The position numbers and the translations under genes were made by a program. From contig OZ237736.1 in the NCBI GenBank assembly GCA_965178125.1, forward strand, positions 992,001-1,056,000: DNA of 64,000 nucleotides, given 5' to 3'. The stretch comes from Bilabrum cf. latius (taxonomy: Eukaryota). A model generated the notes under the pieces. The model had not been told where the DNA came from, did not search any database, and saw only the letters and a list, made by a program, of their open reading frames with translations. The number at the start of each line of letters is the position of its first letter. The stretch's first letter is position 1. Positions 63,206 through 64,000 of this stretch are shown one piece after another.

Positions 63206-64000
63206 TCAAACAAGCAGCTGCCCAAGCGTAGAGGTGTCTGCCACGTACTTCATCGCCTTGACCGATGCCAGCGGGGCCTTGCCCTTGTGGAACTCGTCCT
63301 GCTTCCACGCGCTCTCAGTGGATTCCACCTTATCGTTCTCGCCGAAGACTTGCACTGACAGGCGTCGGGGCCAGTCGCTAGATGACCCGCTCTCACTTGC
63401 CCCAAGCACCCTCTCTCGATACATGCTCTCGATGTCTGCAAGCGTGACACTCCCGGCACGCAGCTGGGCCAGCCTTTCCTCGGCAGCTGCAAAATCGTAT
63501 CGCAGGGATGAGATCTCCTACCACATCCAGCTGGCAGCCTCTTCCATCCTCTACGGTTTCTTGCGATACTCTGCATCCAGAGCATCCACAAGTGCCTCCC
63601 AACGTGTGCGATTCTGCTCGCCTGATCCCTTCCCGAGCGCAGCGATCTCGACCGGGACGGTCTACTCCAAGAAGGCAGCGATGCGCCCGTCCATCAACGC
63701 AGCACTCTTTCCGCCCTGCGCAATCACGTACATGATATCCCTGGCGTCGCTGCCCCCCGTGGCACCGCTCGCCCCAGCCGCCGCTTTGCCCCGGGCGGCC
63801 AGCGACGGAGCAGTGTACGCGAGCCGCGTGCTGCTCTCGCGGTATATGGGATCAATGGGCTCTGCGGCCCCCCTGGGGGCAGCTGCAGACTGCGTCCCTC
63901 CAAAAACGATGTATCCAAGTTGCTGCTGCGTGCGCAGTGTCTCAAATGCGGGCGTTTCTACTGCGTCGCTGAGCAGACTGGCGGCAATGCTCTTCCTGGC
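63206..64000 (-). CDS. M16 metallopeptidase (insulysin/pitrilysin-like), C-terminal part, truncated by the window edge
   Basis: PAFETLRTQQQLGYIVF and W*EISSLRYDF (TAG at 63518). TGA at 63206. Confidence 0.75.

Overview
Gene-dense, GC-rich eukaryotic nuclear DNA from a protist. A flagellated heterotroph such as a bicosoecid-like stramenopile is my inference, not something the sequence shows. There are about 26 protein-coding genes, short GT-AG introns and intergenic gaps mostly of 100-350 bp. The dominant signal is a non-standard nuclear genetic code. Most genes are interrupted by in-frame TAG codons and the conserved protein continues in the same frame. TAG falls on Gln-conserved columns (CPT2 HF*DS, SUMO KA*G, PIGO NEF*V and V*QVDL). 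I found no in-frame TAA in any frame I traced. Real termini are TGA in all traced genes except one, which ends in TAA. The best reading is UAG=Gln with UAA and UGA kept as stops, so the fragmented ORF track is an artefact of standard-code translation. Other points: an ARF tandem pair nearly identical from ATG to stop only, a perfect 8x34-bp repeat built on a gene's stop codon, a sulfatase with TAG in its CxPxR motif, two clan GH-A hydrolases (one with a trefoil module), and large low-complexity insertions in conserved enzymes.
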